DNA of 64,000 nucleotides from a virus (taxonomy: Duplodnaviria > Caudoviricetes): the IMG/VR virus record IMGVR_UViG_3300025502_001322, positions 32,001-96,000 of that record. One strand, given 5' to 3'. A program made the translations under genes and the position numbers. Positions 1 to 9,269 of this stretch are shown here, in pieces; positions within the stretch are counted from its first letter, which is position 1; each line of letters opens with the position of its first letter. Below the pieces are notes generated by a model. The model ran no database searches, was not told the DNA's origin, and saw only the letters and a list, made by a program, of their open reading frames with translations.

Positions 1-235
1 AGCGCAACGGCAAGCAGATGCAGATGCTAGGAAAGCACAGCAAGAAGCACAAAAGGCAGAAGCGACGGCGAAACAAGAAGCACAAAAAGCAGAACAAGAA
101 CGTAAGCGACAACAGCAAGCACAACAGAGGCCAGTAGTAACAACCGGATCAACACAAACAGTTAAGCCAGTTAGGTTTAGTCCTAGCGGCGGCATTGCAG
201 GTGAAAGTGCCATCTTTAGGGCTATAAACAAGTGA
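1..235 (+). CDS. 3' part of Ala/Gln/Lys-rich coiled-coil protein (truncated by window edge)
   Basis: Open frame from nt 2 (AQRQADADARKAQQEAQK...AINK) ending at TGA 233-235, overlapping the next GTG start. Confidence 0.6.
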   Translation, partial: AQRQADADARKAQQEAQKAEATAKQEAQKAEQERKRQQQAQQRPVVTTGSTQTVKPVRFSPSGGIAGESAIFRAINK

Positions 236-507
236 AAGTAGTGGACATACAGTTTGATTTACTATGTAAATGGTCTAAGGCACCACCGACATACAGGTTG
301 TACTGTAACGGAGATTTACTAACAGAGCGCACATATACTTTTGATAACACAAAAGCGTTCGTGCGTGAACTGTCAAAGGTAGAACTACCAGCAGGAGAAA
401 GTGAATTTGTTGTTGAGAACATTAATCCTGAATTAGGGACATTTGATGTGTGTAACATCTGGATCGCTGGTAAAGAAACAAATAGTCTTAAGTTTACGGT
501 AGCATAA
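232..507 (+). CDS. hypothetical phage protein
   Basis: 91-aa ORF, GTG start coupled to upstream stop. Confidence 0.6.
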   Translation: MKVVDIQFDLLCKWSKAPPTYRLYCNGDLLTERTYTFDNTKAFVRELSKVELPAGESEFVVENINPELGTFDVCNIWIAGKETNSLKFTVA

Positions 508-528
508 ATACAAAAAAAGGTTAGTAAA

Positions 529-933
529 ATGAAAGCAACAGACATTATTGAAGAAGGCATTTTAAGCGACATGGCTGCCAAAAGCGAGCAGGATCATGAG
601 ATCCAAATGGCTCGTGGGCAGTTATATAAGACAGCAAAGTATGCTATTGAACTACACAACATGTTAAAAGGCATTAGCGAAGAGCAAGGCTTAGAAGCAT
701 GGGTTCAAGCAAAGATTACTAAAGCCGCAGACTACTTGGGTGCTGTTAAGCATTACTTAGAATATGAAATGTTATCTAACGGTGAGATGCCAGTAGAAGC
801 AGTTGAGCCTGAAGTTGAAACAGAATTAGAGTTAGGTGAGACTACTACAGCAGGTGGAGTTGCAACCAGTATGAGCGGCAACGGATTTGCTAGTGGCGGC
901 CCAGGTGATAAGAAAAAGGTTATTAAACGATAA
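529..933 (+). CDS. probable virion/head-associated protein
   Basis: DHEIQMARGQLY...LEAWVQAKITKAADYL motif typical of large aquatic myoviruses; TAAATA upstream. Confidence 0.5.
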   Translation: MKATDIIEEGILSDMAAKSEQDHEIQMARGQLYKTAKYAIELHNMLKGISEEQGLEAWVQAKITKAADYLGAVKHYLEYEMLSNGEMPVEAVEPEVETELELGETTTAGGVATSMSGNGFASGGPGDKKKVIKR

Positions 934-1538
934 TGAGTAACGATATCTACAAAATACTAGAAGGTATGGACAGCATTAAGTCTAGTCATAAAGACCAGGT
1001 TAAAGGATCTGACAGGCCCAGTAAGGGCGAAAAGAAGTATGATGGTCCTTATACTAAACATCCTTTCCAGGGTAAACTTGTGGGTGAAGTTAAAGAAGAT
1101 GAGTTATCAGAAGAGTTTGACAAGTTTGATAACTCAGAACTAGTAACAGAGGCACAGTTTGATGAAGCCGCAGGCGAGAAAGACGCTTGCTACCATAAGG
1201 TCAAGTCACGTTACAAAGTGTGGCCCAATGCATACGCAGGTGGTGCATTACTTAAGTGCCGTAAAGTTGGTGCCAAGAACTGGGGCAATACGGGTAAAAA
1301 GAAAAGCAACGAAAACGTAGAGCTTGATAACAAATTAGATGTTAAAAAGTTGTTAACTAGCCTTAGTAATAGTAAAACCGTTAATAGTGACAGACTTGTA
1401 GACGCAATTGAAATGCGGTTCATGCATAACATGACCTACAAAGAAATAGGCGAAGAATTAGGTGTTGGTCCTCAAAGAGCCGCTACGATTATTGGAAAAG
1501 CACTACGCTTACTGAGGGCGCAATACGCTAGGCCTTAG
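933..1538 (+). CDS. phage protein with C-terminal sigma70 region-4-like helix-turn-helix
   Basis: KDACYHKVKSRYKVWP.AYA.GAL..CRK.GAKNWG phage motif; C-terminal AIEMRFMHNMTYKEIGEELGVGPQRAATIIGKALRLLR. Confidence 0.6.
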   Translation: MSNDIYKILEGMDSIKSSHKDQVKGSDRPSKGEKKYDGPYTKHPFQGKLVGEVKEDELSEEFDKFDNSELVTEAQFDEAAGEKDACYHKVKSRYKVWPNAYAGGALLKCRKVGAKNWGNTGKKKSNENVELDNKLDVKKLLTSLSNSKTVNSDRLVDAIEMRFMHNMTYKEIGEELGVGPQRAATIIGKALRLLRAQYARP

Positions 1539-1571
1539 ACTTTAAAAAAATGGATTAGGCATAGAATAGAA

Positions 1572-1805
1572 ATGAGAATAACAGACTTTATAACAGAAAA
1601 ATGCTGGAAAGGCTGCGATCTGCTCGACCAGGTGATCATGGCGACCAGCCCAGACGCCTTTGCGCAGTTTCAGGCTCGCTTGGATATGCTACCTAAGCCT
1701 AATGACCGTTTACGCAAAACTATGCTCACGCCTGCTCCCTGGTTGAGCAGAGAAGACCCAAACAAAAACCGAACTGGCAAAGCCAAGAACGTTGTTACCA
1801 AATGA
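1572..1805 (+). CDS. chimeric ORF: phage N/C termini flanking a DUF1778 (TacA-type antitoxin)-like internal segment
   Basis: LLDQVIMATSPDAFAQFQARLDMLPKPNDRLRKTMLTPAPW resembles the DUF1778 C-terminus; 1611-1740 is 56% GC versus 36% for 1501-1600. Confidence 0.5.
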   Translation: MRITDFITEKCWKGCDLLDQVIMATSPDAFAQFQARLDMLPKPNDRLRKTMLTPAPWLSREDPNKNRTGKAKNVVTK

Positions 1806-1957
1806 CCTTAATAGTAGAAGAAATTACAATTTGTAGAGGGTGCTGGCATCCCGCACACTGTGGACACAGTTGTGTAGATGAGGACTGTGATTACTGCTCG
1901 GAATGCCATTGTGAAAAATGTAGAGAAGAACATGCGAGCAAGCGAAATAATACGTGA
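1802..1957 (+). CDS. small Cys/His-rich (metallothionein-like) protein, 51 aa
   Basis: Manual translation MTLIVEEITICRGCWHPAHCGHSCVDEDCDYCSECHCEKCREEHASKRNNT; 9 Cys, 5 His; ATGA overlap with upstream stop. Confidence 0.7.
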   Translation: MTLIVEEITICRGCWHPAHCGHSCVDEDCDYCSECHCEKCREEHASKRNNT

Positions 1958-2153
1958 AGAGCCAGTAGCCAGTAGTTGGATTACTGACTTGGATTATTTT
2001 GTTTTTGATAACGGTGGTACCGCTGTTAGAATGAAAACCAAAGGTGGTGGAGAGTACTATATAGATGGTGCATCTCAGACTGACTACGATAGATGGATGC
2101 AGGCAATAAGCAAAGGCAAACACTGGTGGTCGGACATCAAATATTCTTATTAA
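1932..2153 (+). CDS. KTSC-domain protein
   Basis: SSWITDLDY...G.EY...Y.RWMQAISKGKHWWSDIKYSY matches KTSC pattern; start moved to ATG 1932. Confidence 0.65.
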   Translation: MRASEIIREEPVASSWITDLDYFVFDNGGTAVRMKTKGGGEYYIDGASQTDYDRWMQAISKGKHWWSDIKYSY

Positions 2154-2230
2154 TAAAGGAAATTAAAAATGGCAAGAATTAAACAAATGGTCACTAAGGC
2201 ACACAGAGTCCAAGGTCGATAAATACTACT

Positions 2231-2638
2231 ATGCTTATAAGAGAATTGTTTGAAGACCAGAGTCCAGTAGCACCGTTAAATAGACCGTTGCCAGACACCC
2301 CCACCGATACAGACCTAGCACAATTAGGTCCTGACGCTGAAACAATTATGGCTATTACACAAGATGCTGGCACAAGAGCCGCCATTAAAGCACTAGCAAG
2401 TAAAATTGCTCGTAAAGAACAGTCATCTGACTCTAAAACATATAGAGACGCACCTTATTTACAGTTAGTGACAAGTATGGGACAGCACCCAGAGTTAGCT
2501 GATGAGTATAATCGAATCAGCAGTACTGCTGTACGTAAACAGCAACAACAACAACAAGCACAACAGCAGGCACAACAACAACGCCCAGGCAGTAGTTTAT
2601 CTACGATCAAGTCAACTGGCACAATTGCACCTTCGTAA
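2231..2638 (+). CDS. hypothetical protein with poly-Gln tract
   Basis: 135-aa ORF, TAAATA 5 nt upstream. Confidence 0.6.
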   Translation: MLIRELFEDQSPVAPLNRPLPDTPTDTDLAQLGPDAETIMAITQDAGTRAAIKALASKIARKEQSSDSKTYRDAPYLQLVTSMGQHPELADEYNRISSTAVRKQQQQQQAQQQAQQQRPGSSLSTIKSTGTIAPS

Positions 2639-2677
2639 TTTAATTTATTCAACAAGAACAAAGGAGGTTAAAATCGT

Positions 2678-3331
2678 ATGTATGTATGGAACCACATAGA
2701 TAATATAGATCCAGATATGGTTCTAGAAATTAAAGATTATTATAGAAACAGTTACAGTTTACAAAAAGAAGTACAAAAAATAATCTATGAACAAGACAAC
2801 GGTTTTGTAAAGTTAAAAACAGAGGACGTATTTGAAAAATGTCCTAAGTTTACATATTGGTGCGAAGATGTTGCAAAGATTAAGATAGATTATATAGGAT
2901 ATCTAATCAGTGCTCCGTTTTATACTTTAAAACATTGCCACATAGACACAGACACTACTGGCGTAGGAATTAACTTTCCTGTATCTGGTTGTGATCACAC
3001 TGAAACAATATTCTACGAACCCAACAATAATGTAAGAAGTGTATTGCTTGACGAACATGCCCATAAAACTCGCATTGTTTGTTATAGCGACAACTGGGTA
3101 CAACTAACAAAATACAGTTTACACACACCCACAATATGCATTAACACTATACCGCATGTATTCACAAATACCGGAGAAGGACTCCGTATATCAATGACTG
3201 TGAGATGTACTCCAGATACCGTGCCTTTTAAATTAATGAAAGGCTGGGACACCAGCAAAGATGCTATAAGATGGGGAGTTGATTGGTATGAAAGTTGGTA
3301 CGGGCACCCTAAACCACCGGAGAATAGTTAA
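2678..3331 (+). CDS. putative 2OG-Fe(II)/cupin-fold oxygenase-like protein
   Basis: HID...GINFP...IPH (HxD...H triad); SD GGAGG upstream; paralog of the next ORF. Confidence 0.5.
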   Translation: MYVWNHIDNIDPDMVLEIKDYYRNSYSLQKEVQKIIYEQDNGFVKLKTEDVFEKCPKFTYWCEDVAKIKIDYIGYLISAPFYTLKHCHIDTDTTGVGINFPVSGCDHTETIFYEPNNNVRSVLLDEHAHKTRIVCYSDNWVQLTKYSLHTPTICINTIPHVFTNTGEGLRISMTVRCTPDTVPFKLMKGWDTSKDAIRWGVDWYESWYGHPKPPENS

Positions 3332-3904
3332 ATGTGGTACTGGAACTGGCTGGATTGTGATGAGCGTGTAACACATGACATACAGCGTTATTACAACACA
3401 AGTCAGGATCTACAATGGATTGTGAAAAAAGCAATAGCAGGGGCATATCATACGTTTGTGCGGATGGATCTTCAGGGGTTTGTAGACAACTGCCCGTTAC
3501 TTACACGATGGATGAAGCGTAACAACGTATATCCAGCTTATATGATATTCTTTGTATCAAGCCCGCATGACGATCCCGACTACAAACACACTGATATAGA
3601 CGAAGCTGGTGTATCTATTAATTTTCCCATAGCAAATTGTCTAGGCACTTCATGTATATTTTATCACAAACCAGATGATCTGAAGATTAATCTAGTTGAC
3701 TTAGGTAACGGACATGTGTATAATGATTGTTTAACAGAAAAAAAGTGGCACGAGCATTCAAGATACGAACTAGTAAAACCTATAATAATGAATAATCAAG
3801 TACCTCATAGGTTTACAAATCCTAAAGACTCTGTTAGAATATCGTTTAGTATTAGGCTTGATCCTACAAAAGAATTACCAACACACTTAATCAAGGAAAA
3901 TTAA
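3332..3904 (+). CDS. putative 2OG-Fe(II)/cupin-fold oxygenase-like protein
   Basis: HTD...SINFP...VPHRFTN...RISFSIR. Confidence 0.5.
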   Translation: MWYWNWLDCDERVTHDIQRYYNTSQDLQWIVKKAIAGAYHTFVRMDLQGFVDNCPLLTRWMKRNNVYPAYMIFFVSSPHDDPDYKHTDIDEAGVSINFPIANCLGTSCIFYHKPDDLKINLVDLGNGHVYNDCLTEKKWHEHSRYELVKPIIMNNQVPHRFTNPKDSVRISFSIRLDPTKELPTHLIKEN

Positions 3905-4158
3905 TGAAAATTTATAACACTGAACAAAAAGCAAAACTTAATCAGGTTATTAACGAAGGCATTGCAGTTATGCAAGAAGTCGAAGACCTTAATGCTGGTC
4001 TTAGCGATACTATTAAAGCAGTAGCAGAGTCTATGGACATTAAACCTTCAGTGCTTAAAAAAGCAATTAGAATTGCATTTAAATCAAAACTTGGTGAAAC
4101 TACTCAAGACCACGAAGAAACTGTAAATATCCTAGAAACTGTCGGCAAGACACTCTAA
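3904..4158 (+). CDS. DsbA/GapR-like dsDNA-binding protein
   Basis: 84-aa helical protein resembling T4 DsbA (TIKAVAESMDIKPSVLKKAIRIAFK), upstream of the polymerase. Confidence 0.5.
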   Translation: MKIYNTEQKAKLNQVINEGIAVMQEVEDLNAGLSDTIKAVAESMDIKPSVLKKAIRIAFKSKLGETTQDHEETVNILETVGKTL

Positions 4159-4440
4159 TTGGGAAACATCAAAAACTTTTGGGTTAACAGTTATAAAAGT
4201 GACCACATAGCGTTCTATCTTGAACTAATTAGTTTTGTTACAACAGTTGGTGCTAGTGCAACCTTGGCGTTTACAGCAGACGCCCCGAATATGATTGTGA
4301 TATACCCCGGCTTCTTTGTTGGGTGTATTACGGGTGCAATAGCATACTTGCGTAGAAGGTTACCTTTTCCGTTTTTGTTAACTAGCTGGTTTGCATGTGT
4401 TAACATATTTGGATATGGTGTAGCATCTGGATGGTGGTAA
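4159..4440 (+). CDS. small membrane protein
   Basis: 93 aa, about three hydrophobic segments. Confidence 0.6.
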   Translation: MGNIKNFWVNSYKSDHIAFYLELISFVTTVGASATLAFTADAPNMIVIYPGFFVGCITGAIAYLRRRLPFPFLLTSWFACVNIFGYGVASGWW

Positions 4441-4505
4441 TATGTCTTGGCAATGAAAACTTATTCGATAGACTTCCCCTTTACCGATTATAGTACAATA
4501 AACAT

Positions 4506-7169
4506 ATGAGTTACATAGACGCATTTCATGACAAAGACACAGATAGAATACACGTCGTAGAACGTATTAATGGTGAGAGAATCTACAACGAGTTTCCTGC
4601 CAATTACGTATTTTATTATGATGACCCTAAAGGCAAACATCGAACTATATACGGCACACCAGTAAGTAGATTCAATACACGTAACGGCAAAGAATTCCAC
4701 AAAGAGCAAAGAATACAAGGCGGTAACAAAAAGCTCTGGGAGTCGGATGTTAATGTAGTTTATCGCTGTCTAGAAGAAAACTATCTGGGCCAAGACGCTC
4801 CCAAACTACAAACATGTTTTTTCGATATTGAGGTTGACTTTGATCCTGAGAAAGGATTTAGCCCGCCCAGTGATCCGTTTAACAAAATAACTGCAATAAC
4901 AGTTTACTTAGACTGGCTTGGCAAACTAATTACTCTTGCAATCCCACCTAAGGGTATGAGTTGGGAAGAAGCACAAGATGTGGCAAACCAGTTTGATGAT
5001 ACATTCATGTTTACTGACGAAGCAGACATGTTGGATCAGTTTTTAAACTTAATAGATGATGCAGACATACTTAGTGGCTGGAACTCAGAAGGTTATGATA
5101 TTCCCTACACTGTTTTGCGTATTAATAAGGTATTAAGTAAAAATGATACCAGACGTTTTTGTCTATGGGGGCAATATCCTAAGAAGCGCACCTTTGAACG
5201 TTTTGGTGCAGAAAATCTGACATTTGATCTTATTGGCAGAGTGCATCTAGATTACATGCAACTCTATCGTAAGTACACATATGAGGAACGCCATAGTTAT
5301 TCACTAGACGCAATCGGTGAGTATGAACTAGATGAGCGTAAGACTCAATACGAAGGTACGCTGGATCAGTTATATAATCAGGACTTTAAAACGTTTATTG
5401 AATATAACAGGCAGGATACTGCATTGCTGTTTAAGTTGGATCAGAAACTAAGGTTTTTAGATTTAGCAAACGACCTTGCACACGACAACACAGTGCTACT
5501 ACCAACCACAATGGGTGCTGTGGCTGTCACAGAGCAGGCAATTATTAACGAAGCACATCAGCTGGGTATGGTTGTTCCTAATCGCACGAGAAGAGGCGAA
5601 GAAGAAAATACACAAGCGGCAGGTGCTTACGTTACACAACCTAAAAAAGGCATGCATGACTGGGTGGGTGCTATTGATATTAACTCACTGTATCCTAGTG
5701 CTATTCGTGCTTTAAACATGGGATCAGAAACTGTCGTGGGACAACTACGTCCTATTATGACAGACAGTTACTTGAACGAGAAACGTGTCGCAGGTAAAAC
5801 TTTCACAGACAGCTGGGACGGATTGTTTGCGTCACTGGAATATACTGCTGTTATGGAAATGCAAGCAGGCACTGAGATAACAGTAGACTGGGCGAATGGT
5901 GAAAGCACCGTACATACAGGTGCAGAACTCTGGAAGATGTTATTTGACTGTAATCAAAGTTGGACACTGAGTGCTAACGGCACTATCTTTACATACGAAA
6001 AGAAAGGTATTATTCCTGGACTGTTAGAACGTTGGTACGCAGAACGTCAAGAACTACAGGCAAAGAAGAAAGAAGCAACAGACACAGAGGACATTGCATT
6101 CTGGGACAAACGACAGTTGGTTAAGAAGATTAACTTGAACAGTTTGTACGGTGCTATCCTTAATCCAGGTTGTAGATTTTTTGACAAACGTATTGGACAA
6201 TCAACTACACTGACTGGCAGAAGTATTGCTAAACACATGGATGCGTTTACAAATGAATGCATAATGGGTGTGTACGATCATACTGGTGAAGCCATTATAT
6301 ATGGTGATACAGACTCTGTTTATTTTACTATGTGGCCCGCAGTTAAGGAAGATGTTGAGGCAGGTCGATTAACCTGGAATAAAGATGTAGTTATACAACT
6401 ATATGATCAAATTAGTAGTTCGCTTAATGAGAGTTTTCCTAAGTTTATGGCAAAAGCATTTCATTGTCCAAAACACATGGGAGAACTTATCCAAGGTAAC
6501 AGGGAACTTGTTGCTACTAAAGGCTTGTACATTAAGAAGAAGCGTTATGCGGCACTGATATATGACATGGAAGGGTACAGGTTAGATACTGAAGGCAAGC
6601 CAGGCAAAGTAAAAGCCATGGGACTTGACCTAAAACGGTCAGACACTCCTCCTGTAGTACAGAAGTTCCTAAGCGAGATATTATTAGCCACACTAACAGG
6701 TGCTAAAAAAGAGGAAATATACGACACGGTACGTGAGTTTAAAGTTGCGTTTAGAGAGCGTCCAGCATGGGAAAAAGGCACACCTAAACGTGTCAACAAC
6801 TTAACCAAGTACTCAGCCGCTGAGAAACGTGAGGGCAGAGCAAACATGCCCGGACACGTAAGAGCCAGTATGAACTGGAACAACTTATGTAAAATGATGA
6901 GCGACAATTACAGTCAGAAGATTGTTGACGGTATGAAAGTTATTGTTTGTAAACTTAAACAGAATCCGTTAGGATATACTAGTGTTGCTTATCCCACAGA
7001 CGAATCACATATTCCACAGTGGTTTAAAGACTTGCCGTTCGATGACGACTTGATGGAGGCCACTATTGTTGACCAAAAAGTAGAAAACTTACTAGGAGTA
7101 CTAGACTGGGATATTCCTAATTATACAGGAATAACTACTACATTTGACAGTTTATTTGATTTTGAATAA
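4506..7169 (+). CDS. family B DNA polymerase (gp43-like)
   Basis: Exo motifs FFDIEVD, GWNSEGYD, YNRQD; polymerase motifs DINSLYPS, KINLNSLYG, YGDTDS, KKRYA. Confidence 0.97.
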   Translation: MSYIDAFHDKDTDRIHVVERINGERIYNEFPANYVFYYDDPKGKHRTIYGTPVSRFNTRNGKEFHKEQRIQGGNKKLWESDVNVVYRCLEENYLGQDAPKLQTCFFDIEVDFDPEKGFSPPSDPFNKITAITVYLDWLGKLITLAIPPKGMSWEEAQDVANQFDDTFMFTDEADMLDQFLNLIDDADILSGWNSEGYDIPYTVLRINKVLSKNDTRRFCLWGQYPKKRTFERFGAENLTFDLIGRVHLDYMQLYRKYTYEERHSYSLDAIGEYELDERKTQYEGTLDQLYNQDFKTFIEYNRQDTALLFKLDQKLRFLDLANDLAHDNTVLLPTTMGAVAVTEQAIINEAHQLGMVVPNRTRRGEEENTQAAGAYVTQPKKGMHDWVGAIDINSLYPSAIRALNMGSETVVGQLRPIMTDSYLNEKRVAGKTFTDSWDGLFASLEYTAVMEMQAGTEITVDWANGESTVHTGAELWKMLFDCNQSWTLSANGTIFTYEKKGIIPGLLERWYAERQELQAKKKEATDTEDIAFWDKRQLVKKINLNSLYGAILNPGCRFFDKRIGQSTTLTGRSIAKHMDAFTNECIMGVYDHTGEAIIYGDTDSVYFTMWPAVKEDVEAGRLTWNKDVVIQLYDQISSSLNESFPKFMAKAFHCPKHMGELIQGNRELVATKGLYIKKKRYAALIYDMEGYRLDTEGKPGKVKAMGLDLKRSDTPPVVQKFLSEILLATLTGAKKEEIYDTVREFKVAFRERPAWEKGTPKRVNNLTKYSAAEKREGRANMPGHVRASMNWNNLCKMMSDNYSQKIVDGMKVIVCKLKQNPLGYTSVAYPTDESHIPQWFKDLPFDDDLMEATIVDQKVENLLGVLDWDIPNYTGITTTFDSLFDFE

Positions 7170-7192
7170 TTATTGACGATAAATAGTTATGT

Positions 7193-8449
7193 ATGCGACT
7201 CAGTCAGTTACTCAAATTAAAGCAGGATCTTCAAAAACATAATAATAAAATAATTGAAGATGCTATTAATGATGCCATTGCACATGTTAATCAACTAGCA
7301 ATGGTTCCTGCTAGGCTGCCTGAAGCAGACACCTTCCAATCCCTAAAGTCTGAATATAGGAATCTATTACCAAATCTAAGGAAAATAGATGAGCACAAAC
7401 GAACTAAAATTCAAGACTTAGATGAGAAAATATCTGAATGGGGCAAACAGTATTATATAGACAGTTACGACATGTATGAATCGCAACACAAATTAGCTGA
7501 TGTTGCTACTAACAGGGACATACGTAAGTTGTACATGTATGATAATGTCAGAGAAGTTGTTAAAACAAGAATATACACATATGTAGATTGGCGCTACCCT
7601 ACGTTAGAGATAGGTCCTGGAGACGGTGATTTTACACAACACTTAATTGCAGGAGACCCATTATATGTTGTTGACATTCATCAGGAATTCTTAGACAGTA
7701 CCAAAAAACAGTTTAATGAGTTTTACGCTACCAAAAGACTTAGACCTTATCTTATTAAAAATAACTATGACCTAAGTGCCTTACCACAACAACAGATGGG
7801 GTTTGTGTTAGCATGGAACATTTTTAACTATTTTCCACTGGAAGGAATTAAAGAGTATCTTAAAGAAATTTCTAAAGTAATGCGACCAGGTGGAGTCTTG
7901 CTATTCAGTTATAACAACTCTGACAGATGGCAAGGTGCTGAAATGGTAGAAAATGCTTTCATGTGTCATACTCCCAAACACGTACTTTTGCCTTTATTAG
8001 AGAGTTTAGGATTTGAGATTATAACCAGCAAGGATTACGACCCAACAGTAAGTTGGGTAGAGGTGCGTAAGCCTGGTGTTATATCAACCTGTAAAGCTCA
8101 CCAGACGATGGGCTCAGTAATTCAAATTTTAGATCCAGACGAAGATCCAATAAGTGTAGTAGCAAGGGCTCAAGAAGAATTAAGAGTTTCCCTAGATGCA
8201 CAGACACGTTTTGACCTACAGAGACATAAACCAGACTGGTTTGACGCAGTCATACAGTATAGAAAAAAACACAACATAACTATTGAAAAGGCACTAGAGA
8301 TTGTATTTGAACAAGTAGGACTGGATCTCAATAGTGTTAAGGAACATAAAACGCAGACTCTTTTAACAGAAGAACGCAAACCACAGGAACAAATTGATCT
8401 TGAACGACAAGAAAATTTAGACCTGGCAAAAAAAGCCCGAAAAAAATAA
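7193..8449 (+). CDS. class I SAM-dependent methyltransferase with coiled-coil extensions
   Basis: LEIGPGDG motif I, VVDIH, WNIFNYF, LKEISKVMRPGG. Confidence 0.75.
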   Translation: MRLSQLLKLKQDLQKHNNKIIEDAINDAIAHVNQLAMVPARLPEADTFQSLKSEYRNLLPNLRKIDEHKRTKIQDLDEKISEWGKQYYIDSYDMYESQHKLADVATNRDIRKLYMYDNVREVVKTRIYTYVDWRYPTLEIGPGDGDFTQHLIAGDPLYVVDIHQEFLDSTKKQFNEFYATKRLRPYLIKNNYDLSALPQQQMGFVLAWNIFNYFPLEGIKEYLKEISKVMRPGGVLLFSYNNSDRWQGAEMVENAFMCHTPKHVLLPLLESLGFEIITSKDYDPTVSWVEVRKPGVISTCKAHQTMGSVIQILDPDEDPISVVARAQEELRVSLDAQTRFDLQRHKPDWFDAVIQYRKKHNITIEKALEIVFEQVGLDLNSVKEHKTQTLLTEERKPQEQIDLERQENLDLAKKARKK

Positions 8450-8459
8450 CAAATAATTC

Positions 8460-8488
8460 TTGCTTTCTACCTCAATATCAACTATAAT
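8460..8488 (+). promoter_or_regulatory. sigma70-type promoter
   Basis: TTGCTT-17-TATAAT upstream of SD GGAG and ATG 8510. Confidence 0.55.
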
Positions 8489-8509
8489 ATCCCTAAAGGA
8501 GAACATTCA

Positions 8510-9241
8510 ATGAAAGATAACTTATTAGACCTAGTATCGCATACATTTGCACTTGGTAATGTAAACAAACTTAAAGTGCAAGGTACTGCAACAGAAACAA
8601 AAATTAATTCTATAGCAGAAGACAAGACTGTTATTATCGAGGGTACATTTAAAAAGCCTATTAAAGAGCTCGAAGGCACGTTTGGTATGCCTAACCTGAG
8701 CAAACTTAATATTATTTTAGGCATTCCAGAGTACAAAGACAACCCTAACATTTCAATTAGTACACAAGACAAAAACGGTGAGACTGTTAAAACAGGTATT
8801 AGTTTTGAGAATGCCGAAGGTGACTTTAAAAACGATTACAGATTTATGAGTAAAGAAGTTGTTGAGGAACAACTTAAAACAATTAAGTTTAGGGGTGTTA
8901 AATGGAATGTAGACTTCAGTCCTACCGACGCCAGTATCCAGCGTTTTAAATTTCAGACACAGGCTAATGCAGAACACCCAAGTTTTATTGCTAAGTCAGA
9001 AGGCAACGACTTAAAATTCTTCTTTGGTGAAGCAACAAGTCACGCAGGTAACTTTGTGTTTGCCGCAGATATTGAAGGCAAAGTTACCAAGCCTTGGTCA
9101 TGGCCCGTAGCACCTATTACAGCAATACTGGGTCTTATTGGTGACAAAACTATCAAATTTAGTGACGAAGGAGCGGCTATGCTTACAGTAGATAGCGGTA
9201 TTGCAGTATATAACTACATTATTCCAGCACTTACCAAGTGA
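8510..9241 (+). CDS. probable DNA polymerase sliding clamp (gp45-like)
   Basis: 243 aa, two-domain alpha/beta pattern, near polB in a T4-like context; no catalytic motif to confirm. Confidence 0.55.
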   Translation: MKDNLLDLVSHTFALGNVNKLKVQGTATETKINSIAEDKTVIIEGTFKKPIKELEGTFGMPNLSKLNIILGIPEYKDNPNISISTQDKNGETVKTGISFENAEGDFKNDYRFMSKEVVEEQLKTIKFRGVKWNVDFSPTDASIQRFKFQTQANAEHPSFIAKSEGNDLKFFFGEATSHAGNFVFAADIEGKVTKPWSWPVAPITAILGLIGDKTIKFSDEGAAMLTVDSGIAVYNYIIPALTK

Positions 9242-9269
9242 TAGAACTTAACAACAGTTCTCCTGCGTA

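Noticed and set aside
2538-2581. CAA/CAG repeat (poly-Gln), and the poly-Gly tract at about 11591-11617
   Set aside because: Low-complexity coding linkers with mixed codons; no evidence for phase variation.
5720-5990. Possible intein or intron in the DNA polymerase
   Set aside because: The insert is short and in frame, with no intein terminal or LAGLIDADG motifs; it is probably a lineage-specific loop.
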